Positions 39,726 through 52,524 of a stretch of DNA of 64,000 nt are shown one piece after another. The position numbers and the translations under genes are program-made. Position 1 is the first letter of the stretch, and each line of letters opens with the position of its first letter. The notes under the pieces were generated by a model. It was given only the letters and a program-made list of their open reading frames with translations, had not been told where the DNA came from and ran no database searches. The DNA comes from Bacteroidales bacterium (GTDB lineage Bacteria > Bacteroidota > Bacteroidia > Bacteroidales > PWNQ01). The DNA is taken from positions 5,758-69,757 of the forward strand of contig PWNQ01000113.1 in the NCBI GenBank assembly GCA_003557725.1. The letters are read 5' to 3'.

Positions 39726-40091
39726 TTAAAATTTTAGTCCACCTTCTCTGGCGCCTTGCGCCAATGCTTTCACACGTCCATGATAGAGATATCCGTTCCG
39801 GTCGAACACTACCTCCTGAATCTCTGCTTCTTTGGCACGTTCGGCCAGGGCAGTACCTACCAGTTTGGCCACCTCACTCTTGTTAATATCCGATTTTTCT
39901 GCGATATCTTTTTGTCGTGAGGAAGCCGATGCCAGTGTCTTTCCTGCATCATCGTCCACCAGCTGAGCATATATCTCCCGGTTACTCCGGTAAACACTAA
40001 GCCTTGGCCGCAGGGCTGAGCCACGCACCTTTTTGCGCACCCTCCACTTGATCTTGTATCTCCGTGCCGTTTTTTTATTCTTTACAGCCAT
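39726..40091 (-). CDS. rplR: 50S ribosomal protein L18
   Basis: [20 protein letters not shown]...[26 protein letters not shown]. Confidence 0.95.
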   Translation of the reverse strand: MAVKNKKTARRYKIKWRVRKKVRGSALRPRLSVYRSNREIYAQLVDDDAGKTLASASSRQKDIAEKSDINKSEVAKLVGTALAERAKEAEIQEVVFDRNGYLYHGRVKALAQGAREGGLKF

Positions 40092-40138
40092 TGTTTATGT
40101 ATTAATTGTCCGTTTTTTTATCAGGGTGAAAGAATTTG

Positions 40139-40146
40139 CAAATATA
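40139..40146 (-). promoter_or_regulatory. Candidate internal -7 promoter box (TATATTTG) upstream of rplR
   Basis: Exact TAnnTTTG match on the minus strand, inside the unusually long 110-nt rplF-rplR spacer. Confidence 0.35.
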
Positions 40147-40201
40147 CGGATTAATTCCTCCCCTGTTTATCATATTTCCTAGCTTTATTCAACAAAAAGG
40201 G

Positions 40202-40753
40202 TTATTCCGCAGCAGTTTTTCCTGCTTTTCTGCGAATAACTTCCCCTTTAAACAGCACTCCTTTGCCCTTATAGGGTTCTGGTTTACGCATGGACCGGAT
40301 TTTTGCCGCCACTTGCCCCACCAGCTGTTTATCGGCGCTAACAAGTTTGATGGAAGGGTTTTTTCCCCTTTCCGTTTTGGCTTCCAGTTTCACATCGGGG
40401 GGCAACTGCATATATATATTATGAGAGAACCCCAGTCCCAGTTCCAAAATTTGCCCGTTGGCATTGGCCTTATAGCCCACACCTACCAGTTCCAGCTCTA
40501 TGGTATGCCCATTGCTCACTCCTTCCACCATATTTTTCACCAGTGCACGGTACAACCCGTGGTAAGCGCGCAGCTGCTTGCTGTCATCCCCGCGGTTGAT
40601 CACCAGCTCCTTTTCCCCCACCTCCACGGTAATTCCCGGGGCAACTTCTTGATTAAGTTCACCCATGGGGCCTTTAACCGTAATGGTTTGGCCTGTGAAG
40701 GTGACTTCCACCTTTTGGGGGATCTCGATGGGATAGCTTCCTATTCGTGACAT
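40202..40753 (-). CDS. rplF: 50S ribosomal protein L6
   Basis: MSRIGSYPIEIPQKVEVTFTGQTITVKGPMGEL...EPYKGKGV. Confidence 0.95.
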   Translation of the reverse strand: MSRIGSYPIEIPQKVEVTFTGQTITVKGPMGELNQEVAPGITVEVGEKELVINRGDDSKQLRAYHGLYRALVKNMVEGVSNGHTIELELVGVGYKANANGQILELGLGFSHNIYMQLPPDVKLEAKTERGKNPSIKLVSADKQLVGQVAAKIRSMRKPEPYKGKGVLFKGEVIRRKAGKTAAE

Positions 40754-40772
40754 TTATATTCCTCCTATTTCT

Positions 40773-41171
40773 TTAGCTTACGTAACAGATTACTTCGCCG
40801 CCAATATGGCGTGACCGGGCTTCCTTATCGGTCATCATACCTGAAGAGGTAGAGATGATAGCGATCCCCAGTCCATTGATTACCCTGGGCAGGTTGCCAG
40901 CGTCCACATACTGTCGTAATCCCGGCGTACTCACACGTTTCATGTTGTTAATAGCAGGGACTTTGGTATTTTTATCATATTTCAGGGCGATCTTAATAAT
41001 CCCCTGGCGGCCGTCATCTTCAAACTTGTAGTTGAGGATGTAGCCCTTATCAAACAAGATCTTGGTGATCTCACGTTTGGTGTTGGAGCCGGGGATTTCC
41101 ACCACCCGGTGTCCGGCCATCATGGCATTTCTTAGCCGGGTAAGATAATCTGAGATTGGGTCTGTATACAT
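40773..41171 (-). CDS. rpsH: 30S ribosomal protein S8
   Basis: [42 protein letters not shown]. Confidence 0.95.
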   Translation of the reverse strand: MYTDPISDYLTRLRNAMMAGHRVVEIPGSNTKREITKILFDKGYILNYKFEDDGRQGIIKIALKYDKNTKVPAINNMKRVSTPGLRQYVDAGNLPRVINGLGIAIISTSSGMMTDKEARSRHIGGEVICYVS

Positions 41172-41188
41172 GTTTCTTTGTTTTTCTT

Positions 41189-41458
41189 TTACCAGCTTGA
41201 TTTTTTCACACCCGGCACCAGGCCTTTCATGACCATTTCACGGAAGTTTATCCTGGATACGCCAAACTGACGCATATATCCTTTAGGCCTTCCGGTGATC
41301 TGACAACGGTTATGGAGCCTCACCGGCGATGCATTTCTGGGCAGCTTCTGCAGTCCTTCATAGTCACCGGCCGCTTTCAGTGCAGCACGTTTATCTGCAT
41401 ACCTGGCTGCGATTTTCCTGCGCTTTCTTTCGCGCGCTTTCATTGATTCTTTAGCCAT
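41189..41458 (-). CDS. rpsN: 30S ribosomal protein S14
   Basis: [13 protein letters not shown]...[28 protein letters not shown]. Confidence 0.95.
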   Translation of the reverse strand: MAKESMKARERKRRKIAARYADKRAALKAAGDYEGLQKLPRNASPVRLHNRCQITGRPKGYMRQFGVSRINFREMVMKGLVPGVKKSSW

Positions 41459-41459
41459 A

Positions 41460-42017
41460 TTACGCGTTCATGTTTTTAAATGGTACTCCTAATAACTTCA
41501 GCAAATCATGAGCTTCCTGGTCGGTCTTGGCCGTAGTGATAAAGGAAATGCTCAGCCCTTTGATCTTTTTAACATTGTCCAGGCTGATCTCGGGGAACAC
41601 GATTTGCTCTTCAATCCCCATATTATAGTTCCCCCTGCCGTCGAATCCTTTGTCGCTGATGCCCTGGAAGTCTTTCACCCTGGGGAGGGCGATAGCCACC
41701 AGACGGTCCAAAAATTCATACATCCGGGTTCTGCGTAAAGTGACACGTACCCCAATGGGCATGCCCTTACGTAGCTTAAAGTTAGACACATCTGTCTTGG
41801 CTTTGGTAATCACCGCATGCTGTCCGCTGATCAAACTCAGCTCCTCACGGGCCGTATCCACCAGCTTTTTATCCGTAATCCCTTCCCCTACGCCCTGGTT
41901 CATTGTGATCTTAACCAACTGGGGAACCTCCATATGTGAGGTATAGCCATGCTTTTTCATGAGCGCAGGAACTACCTCTTTCCTGTATTGTTCCAGAAGT
42001 CTTGGTGTATATTCCAT
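41460..42017 (-). CDS. rplE: 50S ribosomal protein L5
   Basis: [18 protein letters not shown]...[20 protein letters not shown]. Confidence 0.95.
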   Translation of the reverse strand: MEYTPRLLEQYRKEVVPALMKKHGYTSHMEVPQLVKITMNQGVGEGITDKKLVDTAREELSLISGQHAVITKAKTDVSNFKLRKGMPIGVRVTLRRTRMYEFLDRLVAIALPRVKDFQGISDKGFDGRGNYNMGIEEQIVFPEISLDNVKKIKGLSISFITTAKTDQEAHDLLKLLGVPFKNMNA

Positions 42018-42340
42018 TACTTAATCTCCTCCCCTGTTTTTTTATAATATCGAATGGTTTTGCCGTCGTCATCCTTTTTTCGTCCCACTTTGGAGGGGTT
42101 CCCCTGCTTATCCACCAACATAAGGTTGGAGACATGAATGGGGGCTTCCTTTTTTATTATTCCTCCCTGGGTATTTTCCGCTGAAGGCTTGGTATGCTTA
42201 GACACCATGTTGGCCCGCTCTACCAGGGCACGGCTTTTGGCGGCATCCACCTGCAGTACCTTACCGGTAACGCCTTTGTCTTCACCGGCAATAACCTTCA
42301 CCATGTCGCCTTTCCGGATCTTTAGTTTACGCTTGGTCAT
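42017..42340 (-). CDS. rplX: 50S ribosomal protein L24
   Basis: [25 protein letters not shown] (KOW motif). The stop overlaps the rplE start (TAATG). Confidence 0.95.
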   Translation of the reverse strand: MTKRKLKIRKGDMVKVIAGEDKGVTGKVLQVDAAKSRALVERANMVSKHTKPSAENTQGGIIKKEAPIHVSNLMLVDKQGNPSKVGRKKDDDGKTIRYYKKTGEEIK

Positions 42341-42354
42341 AATCTCTCTGTTCT

Positions 42355-42723
42355 TTAAAGCACCTCCGGTGCCAATGAAACGATCTTCATAAATTTATTA
42401 TCCCGCAGTTCCCGGGCTACCGGCCCAAAAATCCGGGTGCCACGCATCTCGCCGGCAGGGTTCAGCAATACGCAAGCGTTTTCATCAAAACGAATGTGCG
42501 ACCCGTCGGGACGGTTGATCTCTTTACTGGTGCGAACCACTACGCCCGTACATACCTCACCCTTCTTTACGTTCCCTCCGGGCAGAGCGGTCTTTACCGT
42601 TAAAATAACCTTGTCACCGATAGAAGCATATCGCTTCCGGGTGCCGCCAAGCACCCGTATCACCTTGCCCGTCTTGGCTCCGCTGTTATCTGCTATAAAT
42701 ACTTTACTCTCTTGCTGTATCAT
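42355..42723 (-). CDS. rplN: 50S ribosomal protein L14
   Basis: [27 protein letters not shown]...[13 protein letters not shown]. Confidence 0.95.
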   Translation of the reverse strand: MIQQESKVFIADNSGAKTGKVIRVLGGTRKRYASIGDKVILTVKTALPGGNVKKGEVCTGVVVRTSKEINRPDGSHIRFDENACVLLNPAGEMRGTRIFGPVARELRDNKFMKIVSLAPEVL

Positions 42724-42725
42724 GA

Positions 42726-42980
42726 TTACTTAGCCCTTTCAATGATTTCTACCAATCTCCAGTTCTTGTGCTTGCTCAATGGTCTTGTCTCCATGATCTT
42801 TACCGTATCACCCATGTTGCATTCATTTTTCTCATCATGGGCTACCAGGCGGCTGGACTTTTTAACATATTTCCCATAAATGGGATGTCGCTGTCGTCTG
42901 TTGATCTGTACCACCACAGACTTATCCATTTTATCGCTAACGACAACACCCGTGCGTTCTTTTCGAAGGTTTCTTTCCAT
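42726..42980 (-). CDS. rpsQ: 30S ribosomal protein S17
   Basis: [19 protein letters not shown]...[19 protein letters not shown]. Confidence 0.95.
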   Translation of the reverse strand: MERNLRKERTGVVVSDKMDKSVVVQINRRQRHPIYGKYVKKSSRLVAHDEKNECNMGDTVKIMETRPLSKHKNWRLVEIIERAK

Positions 42981-42997
42981 CGCTCCCTTAAATTATA

Positions 42998-43213
42998 TTA
43001 TAGTTCTACCTTTTTGTTCGTTCCAAACAGATCCCGTTTCCGCAATTCCGTTTTGATACGGGCGATCATCCGCCGGTATTCTTTGATCTTCATTGGGTTT
43101 TCCAATGGAGACACTGCGTGGTTCAGCTTCAGCCGCGTCAACTGTATATTTTCGGCTTCCAGTCTCTCTTTCAGGTCGTCCGTAGACATCTCTGCTATCA
43201 CATCCTGTTTCAT
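42998..43213 (-). CDS. rpmC: 50S ribosomal protein L29
   Basis: STDDLKERLEAENIQLTRLKLNHAVSPLENPMKIKEYRRMIARIKTEL. Confidence 0.92.
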   Translation of the reverse strand: MKQDVIAEMSTDDLKERLEAENIQLTRLKLNHAVSPLENPMKIKEYRRMIARIKTELRKRDLFGTNKKVEL

Positions 43214-43341
43214 GGTTCTATGTTTTAATAACCGCAGTTATTGCTTTTTATACTGTTCTCCAGGGCTTCTGGTTTCCTTTTCTGCCGGCGGGTGCTGAAC
43301 TCCCGGTACCGGTCTGCTCCTTTTGGCCCGTTATGGTGTGT

Positions 43342-43776
43342 TTACTTCTCTGCTTTAACTTCATAGTAGTCATACCGTGCCAGAAACTTACACTTGATGG
43401 GCAACTTTTGTGCTCCCAATCGCAATGCTTCCTGGGCCACCGTTTTGGGCACACCATCCAATTCAAAGATGATACGTCCTGGTTGTACGCGTGCAACGAA
43501 CAGCTCCGGAGCACCTTTCCCTTTACCCATCCGTACTTCGGCAGGCTTCTTGGTGACCGGCTTGTCAGGAAAAATGCGTATCCAGAGTTTCCCCTGACGC
43601 TTCATGCTCCGTGCAATAGCCTGACGGGCAGCCTCAATTTGCCTCCCGGTAATCCAGGTTTCTTCCAGAGCTTTTAATGCAAAAGAGCCAAAATCAATGG
43701 AGTACCCTTTTTTGGCATTGCCCTTCATGCGCCCTTTTTGCTGCTTTCTGTATTTTGTTCTTTTTGGCTGTAACAT
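43342..43776 (-). CDS. rplP: 50S ribosomal protein L16
   Basis: [19 protein letters not shown]...[14 protein letters not shown]. Confidence 0.95.
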   Translation of the reverse strand: MLQPKRTKYRKQQKGRMKGNAKKGYSIDFGSFALKALEETWITGRQIEAARQAIARSMKRQGKLWIRIFPDKPVTKKPAEVRMGKGKGAPELFVARVQPGRIIFELDGVPKTVAQEALRLGAQKLPIKCKFLARYDYYEVKAEK

Positions 43777-43818
43777 TTTCTTTACCGAATTTATAGTGTG
43801 GGGAAACTATATGTTAAT

Positions 43819-44541
43819 TTATCTTCTTCGCTTTCTTCTTCTCCGTCCTGGTTCGCCCCTGCTACCGGGCTTAAAATCTTTCTTGGCTTCTTCTGTCTGG
43901 GGGCTCAGGTCGGGCTTACCGTACACTTCACCTTTAAATATCCATGCTTTAACACCCAGGCGTCCATAGGTGGTATGGGCCTCTGTCAGTGCAAAGTCAA
44001 TATTGGCTCTCAGGGTATGCAGAGGGATCCGGCCATCTTTATAGGTCTCGGTCCGGGCCATTTCTGCCCCGCCAATACGTCCGGAGACCTGTATTTTCAC
44101 CCCTTCGGCACCCATTCGCATGGTGGAGGCAATGGCCATCTTAATGGCCCTGCGGAAGGATATGCGCCCTTCGATCTGCTTGGCCACGTTTTGGCTCACA
44201 ATCACAGCATCCAGCTCAGGCTTTTTGATCTCAGCGATATTGATCTGGACCTCCTTATTGGTGAGTTTCTTGAGCTCTTCCTTGAGTTTATCCACCTCCT
44301 GTCCACCTTTACCGATGATCATTCCCGGTCGAGCCGCATTGATGGTCACCGTAACCAGCTTGAGCGTGCGTTCTATGATCACGCGGGATATGCCGGCCTT
44401 TTCCAAACGTGCATTGAGATACTTGCGGATCTTTTCGTCTTCCAGAAGTTTCGGTCCGTAATTGTTTCCGCCATACCAGTTGGAGTCCCATCCCCGGATG
44501 ATTCCCAAGCGGCTTCCTATTGGATTAACTTTTTGTCCCAT
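43819..44541 (-). CDS. rpsC: 30S ribosomal protein S3
   Basis: [25 protein letters not shown] domain, basic C-terminal tail. Confidence 0.95.
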   Translation of the reverse strand: MGQKVNPIGSRLGIIRGWDSNWYGGNNYGPKLLEDEKIRKYLNARLEKAGISRVIIERTLKLVTVTINAARPGMIIGKGGQEVDKLKEELKKLTNKEVQINIAEIKKPELDAVIVSQNVAKQIEGRISFRRAIKMAIASTMRMGAEGVKIQVSGRIGGAEMARTETYKDGRIPLHTLRANIDFALTEAHTTYGRLGVKAWIFKGEVYGKPDLSPQTEEAKKDFKPGSRGEPGRRRRKRRR

Positions 44542-44553
44542 GTATATATAATC

Positions 44554-45024
44554 TTAATTTTTTTCTGACTCTTCGGTTACTTCTTGTGGTTTCACGCTTT
44601 CACTCTCTGCCGGCAGCTCTTCCGGTTCCAATTCAGCCGACCCCAGTTCCACGGTTATATGGTTGGAGCGTTTCTTATACGGCTTGGAGCTACCCATGGC
44701 AGCAGGGCGGGCACGCTTAATGGAGCGGCCGGCGTCCACAGTAATCACCTTGACATATAGGGCGGCATCTTCCAGGCGAGCCCCTTCATTCTTTACCTGC
44801 CAGTTGGCTATAGCCGACAACAGTACTTTGTGGATAAAACGTGCCGCCACCTGGGGCGAGTGCTTCATCCAGGCCAAAGCAGTATCCACATCCTTACCCC
44901 GTATAAGGTCTGCCACCTTACGTGTCTTTCGCGGCGATAAGGGGCAGTTTCGCAGCACCGCTACATATCTCTGCCTGCGCTCTTCTTTATGTATTTCGGC
45001 TCGTTGGCGTTTTCTGGTTCCCAT
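44554..45024 (-). CDS. rplV: 50S ribosomal protein L22 (acidic C-terminal extension)
   Basis: AVLRNCPLSPRKTRKVADLIRGKDV...VDAGRSIKRARPAAMG. Confidence 0.95.
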   Translation of the reverse strand: MGTRKRQRAEIHKEERRQRYVAVLRNCPLSPRKTRKVADLIRGKDVDTALAWMKHSPQVAARFIHKVLLSAIANWQVKNEGARLEDAALYVKVITVDAGRSIKRARPAAMGSSKPYKKRSNHITVELGSAELEPEELPAESESVKPQEVTEESEKN

Positions 45025-45032
45025 TTTCTTAA

Positions 45033-45299
45033 TTATTTTTTGTTACCACTATGTCCCCGGAACGTCCGTGTGGGTGAAAATTCACCCAGCTTATGGCCCA
45101 CCATGTTCTCAGTGATAAACACTGGAATAAACTTGTTTCCATTATGCACAGCTAAGGTTTGCCCCACAAAGTCAGGGGAAATAACCGATGCTCTGGACCA
45201 GGTTTTGATCACCTTCTTCTTCTTGGCCTGGGCATTTTTAAGGACTTTACGCTCCAGTTTGTAATATATATAGGGTCCTTTTTTCAGTGAACGGCTCAT
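45033..45299 (-). CDS. rpsS: 30S ribosomal protein S19
   Basis: [11 protein letters not shown]...[34 protein letters not shown]. Confidence 0.95.
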   Translation of the reverse strand: MSRSLKKGPYIYYKLERKVLKNAQAKKKKVIKTWSRASVISPDFVGQTLAVHNGNKFIPVFITENMVGHKLGEFSPTRTFRGHSGNKK

Positions 45300-45316
45300 A
45301 GTTCAATGGGGTTTGA

Positions 45317-46141
45317 TTATTTTTTTCTACGTTCAATAATATACATGCTACTGGCTTTTTTCTTGTTCCGGGTTTTAAATCCTTTGGCGGGTATTCCGTT
45401 TCTGGATCTGGGTATACCTCCGGAGGATTTCCCTTCACCACCACCCATTGGGTGATCCACCGGGTTCATCCTGGCGGGGTTGGTTCTGGGGCGGCGACCT
45501 TTCCAGCGGGAACGACCGGCCTTTCCGGATACCTCCAGCTCATGGTCTTCATTGGATACCATGCCGATGGTGGCCCTGCAGGATTGCAGGATCATGCGGG
45601 TCTCGCCCGAAGGGAGCTTAATAGTAGCAAACTTTCCCTCTCTGGACATGAGCTGTGCATATGAACCGGCGCTGCGGGCCATTTTTGCACCCTGCCCGGG
45701 TCGCAGTTCCACATTATGTATAACCGTTCCAAAAGGAATATCCTTAAGGAAAAGAGAGTTCCCCACTTCCGGAGCAGCCTCGGTGCCAGAAACCACCTCC
45801 TGGCCCACCTGCAGCCCCTGAGGAGCCACAATGTAGCGCTTCTCTCCATCCGTATAGTTCACCAATGCAATATTGGCCGTACGGTTGGGATCATACTCTA
45901 TAGTCTGTACCGTAGCAGGCATGTTGTCCTTGTCACGCTTGAAGTCAATGACCCGGTATTTACGCTTGTGTCCACCGCCTACATAACGGATCGTCATGCG
46001 CCCCTGGGAATTGCGCCCACCTTTGCGGTGAAGAGCCTCCACCAAACTGGGCTCAGGCCGGGAAGCCGTTAAATCATTATGACGAACAATCTGCTTGTGA
46101 CGCTGCCCGGGTGTCGTTGGTTTAAATTTCTTTATAGCCAT
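45317..46141 (-). CDS. rplB: 50S ribosomal protein L2
   Basis: [14 protein letters not shown]...[15 protein letters not shown]...[13 protein letters not shown]. Confidence 0.95.
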   Translation of the reverse strand: MAIKKFKPTTPGQRHKQIVRHNDLTASRPEPSLVEALHRKGGRNSQGRMTIRYVGGGHKRKYRVIDFKRDKDNMPATVQTIEYDPNRTANIALVNYTDGEKRYIVAPQGLQVGQEVVSGTEAAPEVGNSLFLKDIPFGTVIHNVELRPGQGAKMARSAGSYAQLMSREGKFATIKLPSGETRMILQSCRATIGMVSNEDHELEVSGKAGRSRWKGRRPRTNPARMNPVDHPMGGGEGKSSGGIPRSRNGIPAKGFKTRNKKKASSMYIIERRKK

Positions 46142-46150
46142 ATCCTATAT

Positions 46151-46441
46151 CTAAATATTGCTGTAAAAATCTATAGATTCCCCTTCCTCAAGGGAAACAA
46201 TAGCTTTTTTATATGAATTTTCTTTTCCTGAAATTACTCCTGACCGTGTATAACGACGCTTGCGTTTGCCACCGAAAATCATGGTACGAATGCTTAGCAC
46301 GTTAACGTCATAAACATCCTCAATCTCCTTGCGGATATCTTCCTTGCTGGCATCGCGGCTTACAATAAATCCAAAATGATTGAACTTATCGCCCATCGCG
46401 GTCATCTTTTCCGTGATGATGGGTTTTAGGATCACACTCAT
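46151..46441 (-). CDS. rplW: 50S ribosomal protein L23
   Basis: ILKPIITEKMTAM...FIVSRDASKEDIRKEIEDVYDVNV. Confidence 0.93.
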   Translation of the reverse strand: MSVILKPIITEKMTAMGDKFNHFGFIVSRDASKEDIRKEIEDVYDVNVLSIRTMIFGGKRKRRYTRSGVISGKENSYKKAIVSLEEGESIDFYSNI

Positions 46442-46443
46442 GG

Positions 46444-47088
46444 TTATTGAGTTTTAGTTTTATTACTGAATAAATTGTCTATGGCCTTAACACTGCTTTC
46501 GGTAAAAACCAACTGTTGTGCTTTCATTACGTCGTAGGTGCTCAGCTCCTGAGCCCTGGCCATGCCCGTTCCGGGAATATTGCGTATGGATAGCCACAGG
46601 TTTTTGTCGCTTTGGTGAACCACCATCAGGGTGTTCTTAGTCTTTACGTCCAATGCTTTCAGAATCTCTGCACAACGTTTTGTCTGGGGCTTTTCCATGG
46701 AAAAGTCCTCCACAATACGTATGCGGTCGTTCTTCATCTTATAGGTGAGTGCAGACTTCCTGGCCAGTTGCTTTGTTTTCCGGTTTACCTTCAAGCGATA
46801 CGCATGAGGCCTGGGGCCAAAAATGGTACCACCGCCCCGGAATATGGGCGACTTAATGTCTCCGGCACGTGCCGTACCCGTACCTTTTTGGCGCTTGATC
46901 TTTCGGGTACTGCCTTTTACCTGTGAACGCTCTTTGGTGCTGTGCGTACCTTGACGCTTATGGGCCATGTAACGTTTAACATCCAGGTAAATAACATGGT
47001 CGTTAGGCTCAATGCCGTAAATCTCCGGGGAAAGCTCCACTTTCCTGCCGGTCTTCTCGCCTTGTATATTATAAACTTCTAGCTCCAT
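46444..47088 (-). CDS. rplD: 50S ribosomal protein L4
   Basis: [43 protein letters not shown]. The start overlaps the rplC end by 10 nt. Confidence 0.95.
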   Translation of the reverse strand: MELEVYNIQGEKTGRKVELSPEIYGIEPNDHVIYLDVKRYMAHKRQGTHSTKERSQVKGSTRKIKRQKGTGTARAGDIKSPIFRGGGTIFGPRPHAYRLKVNRKTKQLARKSALTYKMKNDRIRIVEDFSMEKPQTKRCAEILKALDVKTKNTLMVVHQSDKNLWLSIRNIPGTGMARAQELSTYDVMKAQQLVFTESSVKAIDNLFSNKTKTQ

Positions 47089-47702
47089 CTTTCCACAATT
47101 ACATATGATCCTTTGGGTCCGGGCACTGCACCCTTAACCATGATCAGGTTGTTTTTCTTATCAATTTTCAGTACCTGCAGGTTGATCATCTTTACGCGAT
47201 CACACCCTTTCCGTCCGGCCATGCGCTTTCCCTTAAATACCCGGGAAGGTGTAGCCGAAGCACCCAGTGAACCCGGTGCACGCAAGCGATCCTTCTGACC
47301 ATGTGTGGCATCCCCTACCCCATGAAAACCATGACGCTTCATAACGCCAGCAAACCCTTTGCCTTTGGTATGACCCACCAGGTCCACATATTCTCCCTCC
47401 ACAAACACATCCACCGATAAAGTGTCCCCGAAACTCTTACGCTCCTCAAAACGGGTAAACTCAGCCAGCTTGCGCATAGGCGCAGTATTAGCCTTTTTAA
47501 AATGACCCATGGCAGCCTTGGTGACACGCTTGGGCGTACACTCATCATAAGCCAGCTGGATGGCATCATACCCATCTTTATCCCGGGTCTTTACCTGAGT
47601 AACCACACAGGGACCCGCCTGTATCACCGTACACGGAATGTTCTTTCCGTTGTCATCATACAAGCTGGTCATTCCTATTTTTTTTCCTATTAATCCAGAC
47701 AT
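47079..47702 (-). CDS. rplC: 50S ribosomal protein L3
   Basis: [14 protein letters not shown]...[15 protein letters not shown]...[15 protein letters not shown]. Confidence 0.95.
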   Translation of the reverse strand: MSGLIGKKIGMTSLYDDNGKNIPCTVIQAGPCVVTQVKTRDKDGYDAIQLAYDECTPKRVTKAAMGHFKKANTAPMRKLAEFTRFEERKSFGDTLSVDVFVEGEYVDLVGHTKGKGFAGVMKRHGFHGVGDATHGQKDRLRAPGSLGASATPSRVFKGKRMAGRKGCDRVKMINLQVLKIDKKNNLIMVKGAVPGPKGSYVIVERWS

Positions 47703-47733
47703 TGTTCTGTTTTTTAGCGGTAACTACGTACAC

Positions 47734-48039
47734 TTAGACTTTTATTTCCACTTCCACTCCGCTGGGCAATTCCAGCTTCATCAACGCATCAATGGTCTTT
47801 GAAGTGGTACTGTAAATATCCATTAACCGTTTGTATGAATTCAGCTCAAACTGTTCCCTGGACTTTTTATTCACAAACGTGGAACGTAACACGGTAAATA
47901 CTCGCCGATTAGTAGGCAAGGGGATGGGGCCGCTTACCACAGCACCCGTAGATTTTACCGTTTTAACGATCTTATCGGCAGACTTGTCTACCAGATTGTA
48001 ATCGTACGATTTTAATTTGATCCTGATCTTTTGGCTCAC
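47734..48039 (-). CDS. rpsJ: 30S ribosomal protein S10
   Basis: [22 protein letters not shown]...GPIPLPT...[14 protein letters not shown]. Confidence 0.95.
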   Translation of the reverse strand: MSQKIRIKLKSYDYNLVDKSADKIVKTVKSTGAVVSGPIPLPTNRRVFTVLRSTFVNKKSREQFELNSYKRLMDIYSTTSKTIDALMKLELPSGVEVEIKV

Positions 48040-48060
48040 CTTATATCTATTTTAGGTTTT

Positions 48061-50166
<2,106 letters not shown>

Positions 50167-50240
50167 CTTATTTCTATTCTTTCTTTAGCTCGCTCTGATC
50201 CGTTTTGGATAAACAACAATTAATAATTAAAACCAATTCA

Positions 50241-50711
50241 CTAAAATTTAAAATGAGAGAAGGCTTTGTTGGCATCGGCCATACGGTGGGTCTCTTCTTT
50301 CCGCTTGAACGCTGCACCCTCTTCTTTATATGCTGCCATAACCTCACCTGCAAGCCTTTGTGCCATTGCTTTCTCATGGCGTTTGCGTGCAAAGCGGATC
50401 ATGTTTTTCATGCCTATAGACTGCTTTCTGGAAGCAGGTATTTCCGTAGGGATCTGGAATGTGGCGCCACCAATCCGGCGCGACTTTACCTCCACATTGG
50501 GAGTAACATGGGCCAGAGCCTTCTTCCAAATATCAACAGGACTCTCTTCACTGAACTTTTCATTCACAATATCCATGGCATCATAAAAGATGCGAAAGGC
50601 CAATGATTTCTTCCCCTTAAGCATAAGGTTATTGACAAACTTGGTCACAATAACCTCTTTGTATTTGGGATCGGGCAGGATAACCTTCTTTTTAGCTTTA
50701 GCTTTTCTCAT
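50241..50711 (-). CDS. rpsG: 30S ribosomal protein S7
   Basis: [25 protein letters not shown]...[16 protein letters not shown]. Confidence 0.95.
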   Translation of the reverse strand: MRKAKAKKKVILPDPKYKEVIVTKFVNNLMLKGKKSLAFRIFYDAMDIVNEKFSEESPVDIWKKALAHVTPNVEVKSRRIGGATFQIPTEIPASRKQSIGMKNMIRFARKRHEKAMAQRLAGEVMAAYKEEGAAFKRKEETHRMADANKAFSHFKF

Positions 50712-50743
50712 TACAACTACAGGTTAGTTTGAAAACTGATGGG

Positions 50744-51121
50744 TTATTTCTTTTTAGGTTTTTTGGTGCCATATTTAGACCTCCGTTGCATACGGTCTTG
50801 CACCCCGGAGGTATCCAACGTTCCACGTACAATATGATAACGAACACCGGGAAGGTCTTTAACCCTGCCGCCGCGTATCAAAACAATAGAGTGTTCCTGA
50901 AGATTGTGTCCCTCACCAGGAATATAAGCGTTAACTTCCTTCCCGTTGGTGAGACGTACACGGGCTACCTTACGCATGGCAGAGTTGGGCTTCTTGGGTG
51001 TAGTAGTATAAACCCGAACACATACTCCACGACGCTGCGGGGATGAATCCAAAGCCGGAGACTTACTCTTTTCTGTTATCTTTTTCCGGCCTTTACGTAC
51101 AAGCTGTTGAATCGTTGGCAT
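50744..51121 (-). CDS. rpsL: 30S ribosomal protein S12
   Basis: [12 protein letters not shown]...[19 protein letters not shown]...[13 protein letters not shown]. The ATG at 51121 is preferred over 51142. Confidence 0.95.
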   Translation of the reverse strand: MPTIQQLVRKGRKKITEKSKSPALDSSPQRRGVCVRVYTTTPKKPNSAMRKVARVRLTNGKEVNAYIPGEGHNLQEHSIVLIRGGRVKDLPGVRYHIVRGTLDTSGVQDRMQRRSKYGTKKPKKK

Positions 51122-51170
51122 ATTTGCTTTTTTACTTAACAATTACTTAAACACCCTCAAAATGGGGGTG

Positions 51171-51178
51171 CAAAAATA
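51171..51178 (-). promoter_or_regulatory. Candidate -7 promoter box (TATTTTTG) for rpsL-rpsG-fusA
   Basis: Exact TAnnTTTG match on the minus strand, 50 nt upstream of the rpsL ATG. Confidence 0.45.
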
Positions 51179-51495
51179 AATAAAATAAATTAAACCTAAG
51201 GGAAATTTAAACAGAAAAGATAAATGAAGAGCATGAAACCATCAATGGCTTGCATAACAAGGCGATATGTGGTGAACCTATACCCGCCTTCATTTATCAG
51301 GTTCCGAAAAATTCCTTTCCTTTTGTAAAACAAAGAATTAATTACCCTTCGTTTTGCGGTGCAAAGAAAAGCATAATTTTTAATATAAAACCCCTTTTAC
51401 TAAAAAAAACACCCCCGTAACCATCTTTTTTTTAAAATGACCCTCAACTGCTTTTTATACAACTGTTTATCCCTACCAATAATAGCTATGGGCTT

Positions 51496-51579
51496 CACTT
51501 TTCACTTTTCACTTTTCACTTTTCACTTTTCACTTTTCACTTTTCACTTTCCACTTTTCACTTTTCACTTTTCACTTTC
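51496..51579. repeat. Heptanucleotide microsatellite (CACTTTT) x12
   Basis: Twelve head-to-tail 7-bp units. Units 8 and 12 read CACTTTC. The array ends 13 nt before the stop codon of the BASS gene, on the opposite strand. Confidence 0.9.
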
Positions 51580-51591
51580 CCCCGGAGGATT

Positions 51592-52479
51592 TTAGTCATG
51601 GAGGTTTTTGTACCACCTCCGGAGTATAAGCCCAAATATTACGGCATTAAAGAAGGTAAACATTCCATATATCACCGCGGGGATGGCCATGGTATGATTA
51701 CCCAGGAAGGCACCACTTCCAGCGATGGTGATGGCCAGGGCGCTGTTTTGGACTCCCACTTCCACGGAAAGTGTGATCCGTTTTTTCAGGTCAAAGCGGA
51801 ACAACCTGGCCAGGGTCAGTCCCATAAACATCCCCCCCAGGTTCAGGGCCAAAACATAGGGGATAATGGCAATGATGGCATCCATACTGGTGGGTTGGTC
51901 GCCATCTTTTTCAAAAATCACGAATGAAAAAACGATGGCCAGCATCAACAGCACATAGTATTTGAGCATTTTTTCTATACGGTCGGCCTTTTCCGGGGCC
52001 CGTGCACGCACAGACATGCCGGCGATCACGGGGATAATGATCATAAGGAACACTCTGAAAATAGTGCGTGTAATGGGCAGGTTAATATAGGCGGGTTCAT
52101 CCATAAACATATTCAGTGCCAGGTGAGTGATCACCGGCATGGTGATCAGGATCAGGAAGCTGTTCACCGATGTAAGGGAGATGGACAGGGGGACGTTTCC
52201 CTTGAGGTAGTAGGTGATCAGGTTGGAGACGGCTCCACCGGGGCAGGCTGCGATGATCACTATACCCACCTTCAGCTCGGGCATCAGGGGAGCCATGCCG
52301 GCGATGGTAAATGCCAGCAAGGGGAGCACCACCATTTGGCTGAAAAGCCCCACATAGAATGAAGCCGGGTTATGGTATATGCGGCTAAAGTCTTCCCGCC
52401 TCAGACCCAACCCCAGGTTGAACATGATAATAGCCAGAACAACAGGCAATATGTAGGTGGAAAAGATGGAAGTTTCCAT
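51592..52479 (-). CDS. Bile acid:sodium symporter (BASS/SBF-like) family transporter
   Basis: About nine TM segments, with FNLGLGLRREDF near the N-terminus and CPGGAVSN, both typical of the SBF family. Confidence 0.7.
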   Translation of the reverse strand: METSIFSTYILPVVLAIIMFNLGLGLRREDFSRIYHNPASFYVGLFSQMVVLPLLAFTIAGMAPLMPELKVGIVIIAACPGGAVSNLITYYLKGNVPLSISLTSVNSFLILITMPVITHLALNMFMDEPAYINLPITRTIFRVFLMIIIPVIAGMSVRARAPEKADRIEKMLKYYVLLMLAIVFSFVIFEKDGDQPTSMDAIIAIIPYVLALNLGGMFMGLTLARLFRFDLKKRITLSVEVGVQNSALAITIAGSGAFLGNHTMAIPAVIYGMFTFFNAVIFGLILRRWYKNLHD

Positions 52480-52524
52480 GTTCAGGGAGGTTGTTACAAA
52501 AATACAGCAGCGAAAGTACTATGA

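Noticed and set aside
43248-43514. An 88-aa ORF spanning the rplP-rpmC spacer.
   Set aside because: Most of it overlaps rplP out of frame and its composition is atypical. The spacer itself is reported as a finding, but this ORF is not credible as a gene.
51496-51579. CRISPR array.
   Set aside because: The repeats are 7 bp, directly abutting with no spacers, and no cas genes are nearby. This is a microsatellite, not a CRISPR array.
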